Source: Candidatus Helarchaeota archaeon
GTDB lineage: Archaea; Asgardarchaeota; Lokiarchaeia; Helarchaeales; RDOG01
Length of the DNA stretch: 64,000 nt
Direction of reading: 5' to 3'
NCBI GenBank assembly: GCA_019058315.1
Contig: JAHPZH010000002.1
Location: 352,001-416,000 of the forward strand
The notes beneath the pieces are model-generated. The model was not told the DNA's origin, made no database searches, and saw only the letters and a program-made list of their open reading frames with translations. Shown here piece after piece: positions 37,021-47,287 of this stretch. A program made the position numbers and the translations under genes. Numbering within the stretch: position 1 is the stretch's first letter; every line of letters starts with the position of its first letter.

Positions 37021-39036
37021 TTGTTACCAATTAATAAAGTCGTCTTGTTTAAGACGGGAATCGGTTATTTCGAAAGAAAAGATAAAATAGATCTAGCAAA
37101 GAAATCAATAAATTTAAGTTTCAAACGAAAAGTTATGAATGATATATTAGCCACACTTACCATTGCGACGGGAAACAGTTTAGTTACTGGAATAAGTTAT
37201 GAAGGTGCAGAAACTGATCTTCAAAGAGCTCTCGAAGACGCTTTGATTAAGATCCCCAATGAAAACAGTTTTATAACTCTTTTAAAACAGCTGGTGGGAA
37301 GCACTGTCACCTTAAAAATTGTTGGAGAAGTTATAACTGGAATTGTTCTTGGTGTGCAAGAATTGAAAAAAGGAATTGAAAAAGCAATCATCAATGAACC
37401 GTATCTTGTTCTACGTGATATTAGTGGTTCGATTAGGAATATTAAAATTTCTGATCTTACTGGACCAAGTGCCCAATTATCAGTTAGTGATGATAAAATG
37501 AACAAAGAACTTCAATTCTTTATCGAAAAAATGTATACAAGCAAAAAAAAGGACATGAAACCCGTTACAATCTTCTTTGAGGGTGAAGGAAAAGATGATG
37601 TTACCGTATCTTATCTTCATGAGATGCCCAGCTGGAAAGTATCTTATCGTCTAACATTTATCGATGAAGATAATTTCTTACAAGGATGGGCGCTAATAGA
37701 CAATACATTAGATGAAGATTGGGAAAATATTGAACTCAGTTTAATTGCAGGTTTACCTATTTCATTTATTTACGACCTCTATACACCTAACTGGATTCTA
37801 AGACCTACTGTAGCTCGTAAGGATAAATATGACATCCAAGTAACTGAATTTGAGGGTGAACTTGAAGAATTACGCGAAATGAAAGAAGAAGCAAAGAGGC
37901 CAATGGCTCAACCAGCTGCTCCACGACCAATGAAAGCAATGGCTGGGAAAAGGAGAAGTAAGTTTAAAGTAACTGCAAAAGAAAAGATGGTAGCTACGGC
38001 ATCTGATAAGTCTGATGCATTAGATAGGCTAGAATCTACAAAGGTGGAGGCAAAAGGAGAAGAAGCTGGAGATTTTTTTGAATACAAGATAATGGTTCCA
38101 GTTACTGTAAAGCGAAATCAATCTAGCCTTGTTCCAATCTTACAATCAAAGATAACGGGTAAAAAGATGAGCGTTTATAATGAATCAGTTAGAGCCGATA
38201 ATCCAATGTTATGTTGCGAAATTGAGAATGATTCAGGACTTACCTTGGAGGAAGGACCAATCACGGTATATGATGCATCTACATTCATAGGCGAAGCAAT
38301 GCTGCCCTTCGTTAAACAAGGAGAGAAAAGAAGAATTCCTTACTCTGTGGATCTAGGGATAACAGTAAATACAAAAAGGAAAGAAAAATCAGTCGATATA
38401 CATCAAATTAAACTTGGAAAAGATTACCTCTACTCGTTCCAATACTATCTAAAAAAGTGCGAATATCTCGTTAAGAATAAATCTGAAGAAGCTAGAGAAG
38501 TCATCGTCGAACATCCCAAAGAAGATAGATTCGAACTCTATGAAACAGAAAAACCATTTGAAGAGTCTAAGAATTTTTACCGTTATATGGTCAAGGTAGA
38601 TCCAAAAACACAAGCTAAGCTTTTGATTAAAATTAGGCGAGTTGATCGCTCTAGTTGGTACTTTAGCAATGTTTCAAAGTCAGAAATCGATCTTTGGTAT
38701 AAACAGAAATTAATAAATGAAGAAGATAGGGATTTTCTACTAAAAATATGGAAACTTAATACAGAAAAAAATGAAGTCGATAACAAGATTAATGAATTAG
38801 AAAATAAGAAAAACAGTATTATTAATGACCAAAATCGGTTGAGACAAAACCTAAAAAGCATCGGAACAAGTAGGAGTGAAGAACGACTTAGAAACAAATA
38901 TATTACAAAAATGGATGAACAAGAGAATGAATTAGAAAAGATTGAGGCTGAAATCAAAGAATTAACAAAGAAAAGTGAAGAATTAGAACAAAAAATTAAT
39001 GATGAAATTCGAAAACGCCCTGTAGTGGAGGATTAA
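37021..39036 (+). CDS. DUF4139-family protein, type A, copy 1
   Basis: 'VLFKTGIGYFER', 'SYL...PSWKVSYRL', 'QGWALIDNTLDEDWENIELSL', 'LTLEEGP', C-terminal coiled coil 'DQNRLRQNL'. Confidence 0.75.
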   Translation: MLPINKVVLFKTGIGYFERKDKIDLAKKSINLSFKRKVMNDILATLTIATGNSLVTGISYEGAETDLQRALEDALIKIPNENSFITLLKQLVGSTVTLKIVGEVITGIVLGVQELKKGIEKAIINEPYLVLRDISGSIRNIKISDLTGPSAQLSVSDDKMNKELQFFIEKMYTSKKKDMKPVTIFFEGEGKDDVTVSYLHEMPSWKVSYRLTFIDEDNFLQGWALIDNTLDEDWENIELSLIAGLPISFIYDLYTPNWILRPTVARKDKYDIQVTEFEGELEELREMKEEAKRPMAQPAAPRPMKAMAGKRRSKFKVTAKEKMVATASDKSDALDRLESTKVEAKGEEAGDFFEYKIMVPVTVKRNQSSLVPILQSKITGKKMSVYNESVRADNPMLCCEIENDSGLTLEEGPITVYDASTFIGEAMLPFVKQGEKRRIPYSVDLGITVNTKRKEKSVDIHQIKLGKDYLYSFQYYLKKCEYLVKNKSEEAREVIVEHPKEDRFELYETEKPFEESKNFYRYMVKVDPKTQAKLLIKIRRVDRSSWYFSNVSKSEIDLWYKQKLINEEDRDFLLKIWKLNTEKNEVDNKINELENKKNSIINDQNRLRQNLKSIGTSRSEERLRNKYITKMDEQENELEKIEAEIKELTKKSEELEQKINDEIRKRPVVED

Positions 39037-39037
39037 A

Positions 39038-41284
39038 ATGTTAACCATTAAAAGTGCGATATTATATAAGACGGGCGTTGGATATTTCGAAAGATCTGGT
39101 AAAATTGATTTAAGTAAGACGAATAAAATTGTCTTATCATTCAAGAAAAAACTTATGAATGACGTTCTTGCTTCGCTCTCGGTGGCAGGTAAAGATGCGT
39201 TAGTTTCTGGGGTTTCCTATGAGGGTCACGATATTGATTTGGATAGAGCTCTTGAAGATTGTCTAATCAAAGTGCCTGAATTTGATTCATTTATCGTTCT
39301 TTTAAAACAATTAATCGGCAGTCATATTGAAATTATATTGGGTTCTGAAAAAATATCCGGTATAGTTTTAGGAATTCAAAAATTCGAACGAGGAGTCGAA
39401 GGAACTGAAGAAAAAATTATGGAACCGTTCCTAGTTCTATCAGATGATACTGGAGATATTAAAAATATTAAAATAGCTGACATGACAGGACCTGATGCCC
39501 GATTTTCGGTGAGTGATGAAAAGATGAACAAAGAACTGCAATACTTTTTGGAGACTATTTATACATCGAAGAAACGTGATGCAAAAAGCATGACCATTTT
39601 TCTTGAAAAAAAACCAGATTCAACAACTATGGATTCAGAGGTTTCGATTTCTTACCTTCATGAGGTACCTTCCTGGAAAGCTAGCTATCGCCTTCTTCTA
39701 TTTCCTACGGAAACCGTAATCCAAGGCTTTGGTTTGATTGATAATCCCACTGACGAAGATTGGAATGAAATTAATCTATCACTAATATCTGGTCTTCCAA
39801 TATCATTTATATATGACCTTTACTCCCCAAATTGGATTCAACGTCCAAGAGTTCAGCGGAGAACACAATATGATATAACTCCAACAACTTATGAAGAATC
39901 GACAACAGAAGAGGGTTATTTTGATCTTAAAGGGACGGGTGTATTGGGTGATGTTATGATACCAAAACTGGACGCTCATCGGGGTATACCAGCAGAAAAA
40001 ACAGGTGAACAGAGAATGAAACACATGATTCAATCTACAAAAGTAAGTGCTGCTGGAACAGAAGGTGGAGATTTTTTTCAATACGAAATTACAGTCCCCA
40101 TAACAGTAAAACGAAACCAAAGCTCATTGGTTCCTATTTTACAGTCTAATATAAAATCAAATAGAATGTCGGTCTATAATGAAAATGTAAGGAAAGATAA
40201 TCCGATGTTAACCATTGAGCTCACCAATGACACTGGACTTACTTTGGAAGAAGGTCCAATATCTGTATTCGAACTGGACAATTATGCTGGTGAAGCGATG
40301 CTTCCTTTTCTAAAGAAAGATGAAAAAAGAAGAATCGGATATGCAGTAGATCTTGGAGTACTGGTTAATAAAACAACAAAAGAAGATTCATTAAATTTCC
40401 ATGATATCAAAATTGAGAATAACATTCGAGCATTTAGGTACAGGATAAAGAAGGTAGAATATATAATTCGAAATAAATCCGATGATCCGAAAGAAGTTGT
40501 AATAGAACATCCGAAAGAGACTGATTATAAACTATATGAGACTGCTGATCCATTCGAAGAATCCAAAAATTTTTACAGATATAAAGTTTCAGTTGCTCCA
40601 AAGGCATCAGAAAAACTCCTTGTTAAAACGCGTATTGTTGAAAGTACTTATACATATTATTCTGGAGTTTCTAAATACCAAATTGAGGAATGGTATAATT
40701 TAAAATTGATAAATGATCAAGAAAAGGATTTCCTAATGAAAATATGGAAGGTAACAACGAAGTTACAAGATGTCAATGATGAAATTGATAGTAAAACTGA
40801 TGAAAAAAACAATATTTCAACGGATCAAAACCGTTTACGTCAAAATATTAAGGTTTTAGGACCATCTCATGGTGAACGTCAACTTAGAGAAAAATATGTC
40901 AAAAAATTAGAATCCCAAGAAGAAATTCTTGAAAGAATTGATGTGGAAATAGAGAAACTAAATAAAGAAAAAGAAAATCTCGAGTATCTGATAAATAAAT
41001 TAAATGAATTGGATTATGAAAATGGAACATCTCTGAATAATGTAGCATGGGGTTTCTACCTAGTCGGAGAAAGTGAGGTCGTAGTGGAATATGCAAGGAA
41101 AGCAATAGCTCTTGATGATGAGAAGGGTTTTATTTGGGATACATTGGGCTGTGGGTTGTATAGGATTGGAAAAATTAAAGAATCTTATGAAGCATTCTTA
41201 AAGGCAATAGAGTTAAGCCCCAAGGGTGAAGAAGATATAACAAAGGAAATCTATGAAAAAGTTAAAGCTGAATATAACCCCTAA
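39038..41284 (+). CDS. DUF4139-family protein, type B with C-terminal TPR, copy 1
   Basis: Same core as type A plus 'LNNVAWG...IWDTLGCGLY' TPR pair; starts 1 nt after type A. Confidence 0.75.
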   Translation: MLTIKSAILYKTGVGYFERSGKIDLSKTNKIVLSFKKKLMNDVLASLSVAGKDALVSGVSYEGHDIDLDRALEDCLIKVPEFDSFIVLLKQLIGSHIEIILGSEKISGIVLGIQKFERGVEGTEEKIMEPFLVLSDDTGDIKNIKIADMTGPDARFSVSDEKMNKELQYFLETIYTSKKRDAKSMTIFLEKKPDSTTMDSEVSISYLHEVPSWKASYRLLLFPTETVIQGFGLIDNPTDEDWNEINLSLISGLPISFIYDLYSPNWIQRPRVQRRTQYDITPTTYEESTTEEGYFDLKGTGVLGDVMIPKLDAHRGIPAEKTGEQRMKHMIQSTKVSAAGTEGGDFFQYEITVPITVKRNQSSLVPILQSNIKSNRMSVYNENVRKDNPMLTIELTNDTGLTLEEGPISVFELDNYAGEAMLPFLKKDEKRRIGYAVDLGVLVNKTTKEDSLNFHDIKIENNIRAFRYRIKKVEYIIRNKSDDPKEVVIEHPKETDYKLYETADPFEESKNFYRYKVSVAPKASEKLLVKTRIVESTYTYYSGVSKYQIEEWYNLKLINDQEKDFLMKIWKVTTKLQDVNDEIDSKTDEKNNISTDQNRLRQNIKVLGPSHGERQLREKYVKKLESQEEILERIDVEIEKLNKEKENLEYLINKLNELDYENGTSLNNVAWGFYLVGESEVVVEYARKAIALDDEKGFIWDTLGCGLYRIGKIKESYEAFLKAIELSPKGEEDITKEIYEKVKAEYNP

Positions 41285-41295
41285 TTTTTTTATTT

Positions 41296-42381
41296 TTACT
41301 TATTTGCCTTAATACTAAGTAATCTTTCTGAGCATTCAACCATACTTTGATAGTCTCCCAATCTTTCATATGCAATTGCCATTCTATTCCAAACATCCTT
41401 ATATTCAGGAGAACTAACTATAATTTGTTTGAAAAAATCTATAGCTTTTTGATAATCACGAGAATTTAGAAACATATTTCCCATTTTGTATAATCTTGTA
41501 ATATTTTTTTCTTGATCTTCTTTGGTTAGTACTTTTTCAACCTTTTCCTCAACCTTATCTTCAACCATTCCTTCAACTTTTTTTTCAACTACTTGTTCAA
41601 GTTTATCTCTAGATATTTTCTCATAAATTTTTTTAATTCTTGCTTGATCTTCATGATTAGGTAATTCCTGGATATGTTCTTTTGGAATTTTTTCTTCCAA
41701 TGATTTAACAATTTTTAAAGCAGTTTTATTACTAGGTTCGATTTTAATAACTTTTTTAAAAAAATCCAAAGCTATTTTTTCGTTTCCAGTATTCATATTA
41801 GCAATCCCAAGGTTAAAATATGCTCTTTCATTTAATGGATCCATATTAATGACTTTTTCACTATAAGCAATTGATTTTTTATGATCTCCTAATCTCCCGT
41901 AAATAGATGCTAAATTATTTAAAGCTTTTTTATTTTTTTTGTTCTTTTCAAGGGCCATTTCGTTATATTCTATTGCTTTTTGGTGATTTTCTAATTTAAT
42001 GTAAGCATCGGCTAAAGAGTTTAGAACTTCATTAAAGGTTGGATCTAATTTAAAAACTTGTTTGAAACATTTAATGGCTTTTTCATATTCTTTGATTATC
42101 ATATAAGAGTTACCTAGGAAATTCCAAGCTTCTTTATCTTCTGGATCAAGTAAAACCACGTTTTCATTGCATAAGATGGCATTTTCAATATCTCCAATAT
42201 TTGAATAACATATCGCTAATTCAACCCAAGCTTCTATAAAGTCAGAGTCAGACTCTACAGCCTTTCTAAAACTTTCAATGGCGTCTGCATTATCTCCTGC
42301 TCTTAAACAACTAAGTCCTTTGAAATAAGATATTCGGACTATTAAATCACGATCTTCTAGTTGAATAGGTTGCTTCATCAA
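41296..42381 (-). CDS. TPR repeat protein
   Basis: About eight 34-aa repeats ('AW..LG..Y......EKAI..F.....LDP'). Confidence 0.9.
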   Translation of the reverse strand: MMKQPIQLEDRDLIVRISYFKGLSCLRAGDNADAIESFRKAVESDSDFIEAWVELAICYSNIGDIENAILCNENVVLLDPEDKEAWNFLGNSYMIIKEYEKAIKCFKQVFKLDPTFNEVLNSLADAYIKLENHQKAIEYNEMALEKNKKNKKALNNLASIYGRLGDHKKSIAYSEKVINMDPLNERAYFNLGIANMNTGNEKIALDFFKKVIKIEPSNKTALKIVKSLEEKIPKEHIQELPNHEDQARIKKIYEKISRDKLEQVVEKKVEGMVEDKVEEKVEKVLTKEDQEKNITRLYKMGNMFLNSRDYQKAIDFFKQIIVSSPEYKDVWNRMAIAYERLGDYQSMVECSERLLSIKANK

Positions 42382-42491
42382 AAAATTAAATGCTCGATTT
42401 TATTTATACTAATTGATAAAATAAATGCTAAAATTTTTAAAAAAGACCTAGTTATATTTATACAACGGGCTACTCATGCGCGTTAAAAATC

Positions 42492-43532
42492 ATGATAGAA
42501 ATAAAATTTAATAAAAAGGTCACTTTAAAAGAGCACACCATTTTCTCAATAGTATTTTCTCACAATAACCGTTATTTTCTTAATGTTCTCAGCCCGTATT
42601 CTCCTCAGAGTGATTTTATTAATGTTAGGGAGTTAGAAACTGGAAAACTTGTTTGCTCGTTTAAATATGAAAATAGAGTAAAATCAATTGCAGTTTCTTC
42701 TAACATTTTCTATATTTTAAGTGGGTCAGAAGTCTGGGAGTTGGATTCAAGTAGTGCATGGACTCATAATCTAATATGGTCTCAAGGATGTTCTCAAAAT
42801 TTGTGGGGTAATCTTATTGAAATCTCACCTGATGGTCGTTATGTAATAACACAATCTGAGGGTAATACTATTAAGGTTCTAGAGATACGGTCTGGAAAAC
42901 AACTGTTTAAAATTGGAGGACATAGATATCCCATAAAGAAGATAAATGTCTCTCTTGATAATCGCTATATTATGACTACATCCGAAGATAAAACCATGAA
43001 AATTTGGGAATTTAATACAGGTAGATTAGTTCACACTTTAAAAAAGAACCATGATTTTGGTTCGAGTTTATTCTCTTCTGATGGAGGATATTTGATAACT
43101 GTAGCTGACTATAATAACCTCAATGTTTGGGAGCTAGAATCAGGAAATCTCAAACATAATATTAAAGGACATAAGAGTTATATTGACACATTAAATACTT
43201 TTGGAAATTATGTAATATCGGGATCTAGAGATAAAACCATTAAAATTTGGGAATTAACCACTGGTAAATTATTACATACACTTAAAGAACATACTGCTGG
43301 TGTGAGTTCAATCGCAATATCACCCGATGGGCGTTATCTATTTAGTGGATCAATTGATAAGACTGTTAAAGTTTGGGAATTACTCACAGGTAAATTATTA
43401 AAAACACTTGAAGGGCATGATGATTGGATAACTTCAGTTATGGTCTCTCCAAATGGTCGCTATATTATAACTACATCTTCTGCTGGTCCTAATCGTAGTC
43501 AAGAATATATCATCTGGCTGGTCGAATATTGA
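42492..43532 (+). CDS. WD40 repeat protein
   Basis: 'GH...V.S.AISPDGRY..SGS.DKT.KIWE' repeats. Confidence 0.92.
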   Translation: MIEIKFNKKVTLKEHTIFSIVFSHNNRYFLNVLSPYSPQSDFINVRELETGKLVCSFKYENRVKSIAVSSNIFYILSGSEVWELDSSSAWTHNLIWSQGCSQNLWGNLIEISPDGRYVITQSEGNTIKVLEIRSGKQLFKIGGHRYPIKKINVSLDNRYIMTTSEDKTMKIWEFNTGRLVHTLKKNHDFGSSLFSSDGGYLITVADYNNLNVWELESGNLKHNIKGHKSYIDTLNTFGNYVISGSRDKTIKIWELTTGKLLHTLKEHTAGVSSIAISPDGRYLFSGSIDKTVKVWELLTGKLLKTLEGHDDWITSVMVSPNGRYIITTSSAGPNRSQEYIIWLVEY

Positions 43533-43546
43533 TTAAAGAATAAGTT

Positions 43547-45076
43547 CTAGTAGATTTGGATTATTTTTTTTAATCTTTCTTCAGTTTTTTCATATTCTTC
43601 CTCACTTAATGGGTTATCATAAAGATATACTTTTTTTAATTTAAGAAGTTCTTTTAAGCCTTCTATTTTATTGATTTGATTGTCATAAAGACTTAAGAAT
43701 TGTAATTCAGCAAGCTTTTCTAATCCCTCTATTTTTGTAATATTGTTAGAACCAAGTTTTAAATCTTCCAATTGGTATAAATTTTCCAATCCCTCTAATT
43801 TTGTAATTTGATTATTACTCAAATCTAAATAATTTAAATTTTTAAGATTTTGTAATCCCTTAATTCTTTCAATTTCATTATGAGAAAGGTCTAATTCTTT
43901 TAATTGAAAAAGACTATCTAATCCTTCTATTTCGGCAATTTGATTACTAAATAGATCCAAATTCTGTAATAGGGAAAGACTTTCTAACATCTCTATTTTT
44001 GTAATTTCATTTGAATCAAGGGACAATTCTCTTAATTGTGAAAGTTGATGAATACCCTCTATTTTATTAATTTGATTATTATTAATACTTAATTCTTGTA
44101 ACTCTATCAGATATTCTAACCCCTCTATCTTTGAAATTTTGTTATTAGAAAGCCCCAAATCTTGTAATTTAATAAGTTTATTTAAATTCTCTATCTTTAT
44201 AACTTGATTTGCACTCAAATATAATCTATTTAATTGTATAAGATTCTCCAAATTTTCAATTTTTTCAATATCATTCTCTGAAAGATTTAAATATTCTAAT
44301 TCAGAAAGCTTTTCCAAGCCTTCTATCTTTGTAATTTTATTATGATCAAGGCTCAATTCTTTTAAATGTGTAAGAACTTCCAATCTTTGGATTTTAGATA
44401 TCTCATTTTCTCCTAGATATAATGATTGCAATTGAGAAGAATTTTCTAACCCCATAATTTCTGTGATTTTATTTTCAGTAAGCATTAACATTCTCAATTG
44501 TGTAAGATTTTCTAAACCTTCAATTTTTGTGATTTGATTATTATAAAAGATTAATTCTTGTAATCGAGAGAGCCTTTCTAAACCTTCTATTTTTGAAATT
44601 TTATTTGAATTAAAGTTTAATTTTCTTAAGTTAATAAGACTTTCTAACCCCTCTATTTTTGAAATTTGGTTACGAATAAGATTTAATTCTTGTAACTGGG
44701 AAATTCCCGACAACCCTTTTATCTTTGTTATCATATTAATGGATAAGTCTAATATTTTTAATTGAAAAAGTCCCTCTAATCCTTCAATTTTCTTAATATG
44801 ATTGTCTTTAATGAATAATTCCTGTAATTGGTTTAATCTATTTAAGCCTTCTATTTTTGTAATCTGATTATGTCCAAGATCTAAGGATTGTAATTGGGTA
44901 AAATCTGAAAGTAATATTGGAATTTTTTTCAAATTTTTATTTAATAATACAAGTTTAACTATATTACCTTCATTATTAATTTCAAAATCGTTATCATTTA
45001 ATTTAAATTTCTCCATTAATTCTTCCATTGTTGTTTTTTCTCGAAGTTCTTTGATTTGATTTATTTTTTCAATCAT
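43547..45076 (-). CDS. Leucine-rich repeat protein (Sds22-like, 22-aa repeats)
   Basis: About 19-20 repeats of LxxLxLxxNxIxKIEGLExL. Confidence 0.93.
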   Translation of the reverse strand: MIEKINQIKELREKTTMEELMEKFKLNDNDFEINNEGNIVKLVLLNKNLKKIPILLSDFTQLQSLDLGHNQITKIEGLNRLNQLQELFIKDNHIKKIEGLEGLFQLKILDLSINMITKIKGLSGISQLQELNLIRNQISKIEGLESLINLRKLNFNSNKISKIEGLERLSRLQELIFYNNQITKIEGLENLTQLRMLMLTENKITEIMGLENSSQLQSLYLGENEISKIQRLEVLTHLKELSLDHNKITKIEGLEKLSELEYLNLSENDIEKIENLENLIQLNRLYLSANQVIKIENLNKLIKLQDLGLSNNKISKIEGLEYLIELQELSINNNQINKIEGIHQLSQLRELSLDSNEITKIEMLESLSLLQNLDLFSNQIAEIEGLDSLFQLKELDLSHNEIERIKGLQNLKNLNYLDLSNNQITKLEGLENLYQLEDLKLGSNNITKIEGLEKLAELQFLSLYDNQINKIEGLKELLKLKKVYLYDNPLSEEEYEKTEERLKKIIQIY

Positions 45077-45264
45077 TTTATAACCTAAATACTCAATCCT
45101 AAATTTTTATTATAAAAAAATAATCAATTAAAAATTTATGTGTTAATTAAAAAACTTGGTATTCCAACTGAATTAAAATTATTCAGAACTAAATTTTCTC
45201 AAAAATAAAAGTATTTAAACGATTAACTTTTACTTTTATTAATTTATTAGTAGAGGAATATTCC

Positions 45265-47283
45265 ATGTTACCAATAAATAAAGTAATATTGTTTAAAACA
45301 GGAATCGGATGTTTCGAAAGACAAGGAAAAGTTGATTTAAAAAAGAAAACTATTGATTTGAGCTTTAAGAGAAAGGTTATGAACGATTTATTAGCCACTT
45401 TATCAATTGCGACAAAAAACAGTCTAGTTACTGGAATTAGTTATGAAGGTTCTGAAATCGATCTTGAAAGGGCATTAGAAGATGCTCTTATCAAAATACC
45501 TCCCGAAGATTCTTTTCTAAATTTATTAAAACAATTAGTAGGTAGCAATATAACATTAACAATTGCTGGAGAAATAATTGAAGGAGTAATACTTGGTATA
45601 CAGAGAATGAAAAAAGGTCTTGATAAAGCAATCATTAATGAACCTTATCTGGTATTAAGTGAAAAAGGTGGAACTGTAAAAAATCTTAAAATTTCTGATC
45701 TAACTGGTCCTAATTCCAAATTATCAGTTAGCGATGAAAAGATGAATAAGGAGTTAAAATTCTTTATAGAGAAGATGTATACAAGTAGAAAGAAAGATAT
45801 GAAATCTTTAACGATATTCTTCGAAGGGGAAGGAGAAGATGAAGTTACAGTCACTTATTTACACGAGATGCCAAGCTGGAAAGTTTCGTACCGATTAACT
45901 TTTATAGAAGAGGACAATTTTATTCAAGGTTGGGCTCTAATCGATAATACATTAGATGAAGACTGGGAAAATATAGAATTAAGCCTTGTAGCTGGATTGC
46001 CTATAAGTTTTATCTATGATCTATACACACCTAATTGGATTCAACGCCCAACAGTTGCTAGACGAGAAAAATATGATATTGAAGTAACCGAATACGAAGA
46101 AGAAATGGACAATTTAATGGATATGGCAAAAAAGTCAGAAGAAATGGCTATGCCTACAACAGCCACAACAACTCCTGCACCAGCCCAATTCGGAGGAGCA
46201 GGAGCATTTAGAGCTCTAGCCAAGCAAAAAAGCGTATATGGAGCAAAAGATAGAGCTAATGCAGAAGCCCGACTAGATTCTACAAAAGTAGAAGCCAAGG
46301 GAGAGGAAGCTGGGGATTTCTTCGAATATAAAATAATGGTTCCAGTCACTGTTAAACGAAACCAAAGTTCATTAGTGCCGATATTGCAAGCTAAGATTAC
46401 GGGTAATAAAATGAGTGTATATAATGAATCGGTTAGAGCTGATAATCCAATGTTATGTTGCGAAATTGAGAATGATTCCGGACTTACTCTAGAGGAAGGA
46501 CCAGTTACGGTATACGAAATGTCCACCTTTGTAGGTGAGGCGATGTTACCTTTCATTAGACAAGGAGAAAAAAGACGAATCCCATACTCGGTCGATTTAG
46601 GGATTACAGTTGAAACTAAATGGAAAGAAAAGTATGTAGATATTCATAAGATTCAGCTTGGAGAAGATTACTTGTATAGTTTTAATTATTATAAAAAGCA
46701 ATGTAAATATACTGTTAAGAACAAATCTGAAGAGGGTCGTGAAGTAATAATTGAATTTCCCAAGGAATATGGCTATGAGCTCTATGATACAGATGATAAT
46801 AAGCCTTTTGAAGAGAGTAAGAATTTTTATCGATATAAAGTTAAAGTAGATCCCAAAACACAAGCAAAACTGTTGGTTAAAAGCAGAAGAGTTGACAAAT
46901 CGACATATTATTTCCAGAATGTTTCAAAATCAGACATTGATCTATGGTATAAACAAAAATTAATTACTGATGCTGAATATGAGTTTCTTTTAAAAATTTG
47001 GGAATTGAATAATGAAAAAAGAGAAGTTGATAACCAGATCAACGATTTGCAGAACAAGAAAAATAGTATCATTAATGATCAAAATAGATTAAGGCAGAAC
47101 TTACGAAGTATTGGAACAAGTAGGAGTGAAGAACGGCTTAGAAACAAATATATTACAAAATTAGACGAGCAAGAGGTTCAATTAGAAAATATTGAGGCAG
47201 AAATTAAAGAATTAACTAAAAAAAGTGAGGATTTGGAACTAAAAATTAATGAAGAAATTCGAAAACGACCTGTGGAAGTGTAA
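45265..47283 (+). CDS. DUF4139-family protein, type A, copy 2
   Basis: Colinear close paralog of 37021..39036. Confidence 0.75.
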   Translation: MLPINKVILFKTGIGCFERQGKVDLKKKTIDLSFKRKVMNDLLATLSIATKNSLVTGISYEGSEIDLERALEDALIKIPPEDSFLNLLKQLVGSNITLTIAGEIIEGVILGIQRMKKGLDKAIINEPYLVLSEKGGTVKNLKISDLTGPNSKLSVSDEKMNKELKFFIEKMYTSRKKDMKSLTIFFEGEGEDEVTVTYLHEMPSWKVSYRLTFIEEDNFIQGWALIDNTLDEDWENIELSLVAGLPISFIYDLYTPNWIQRPTVARREKYDIEVTEYEEEMDNLMDMAKKSEEMAMPTTATTTPAPAQFGGAGAFRALAKQKSVYGAKDRANAEARLDSTKVEAKGEEAGDFFEYKIMVPVTVKRNQSSLVPILQAKITGNKMSVYNESVRADNPMLCCEIENDSGLTLEEGPVTVYEMSTFVGEAMLPFIRQGEKRRIPYSVDLGITVETKWKEKYVDIHKIQLGEDYLYSFNYYKKQCKYTVKNKSEEGREVIIEFPKEYGYELYDTDDNKPFEESKNFYRYKVKVDPKTQAKLLVKSRRVDKSTYYFQNVSKSDIDLWYKQKLITDAEYEFLLKIWELNNEKREVDNQINDLQNKKNSIINDQNRLRQNLRSIGTSRSEERLRNKYITKLDEQEVQLENIEAEIKELTKKSEDLELKINEEIRKRPVEV

Positions 47284-47287
47284 TTAA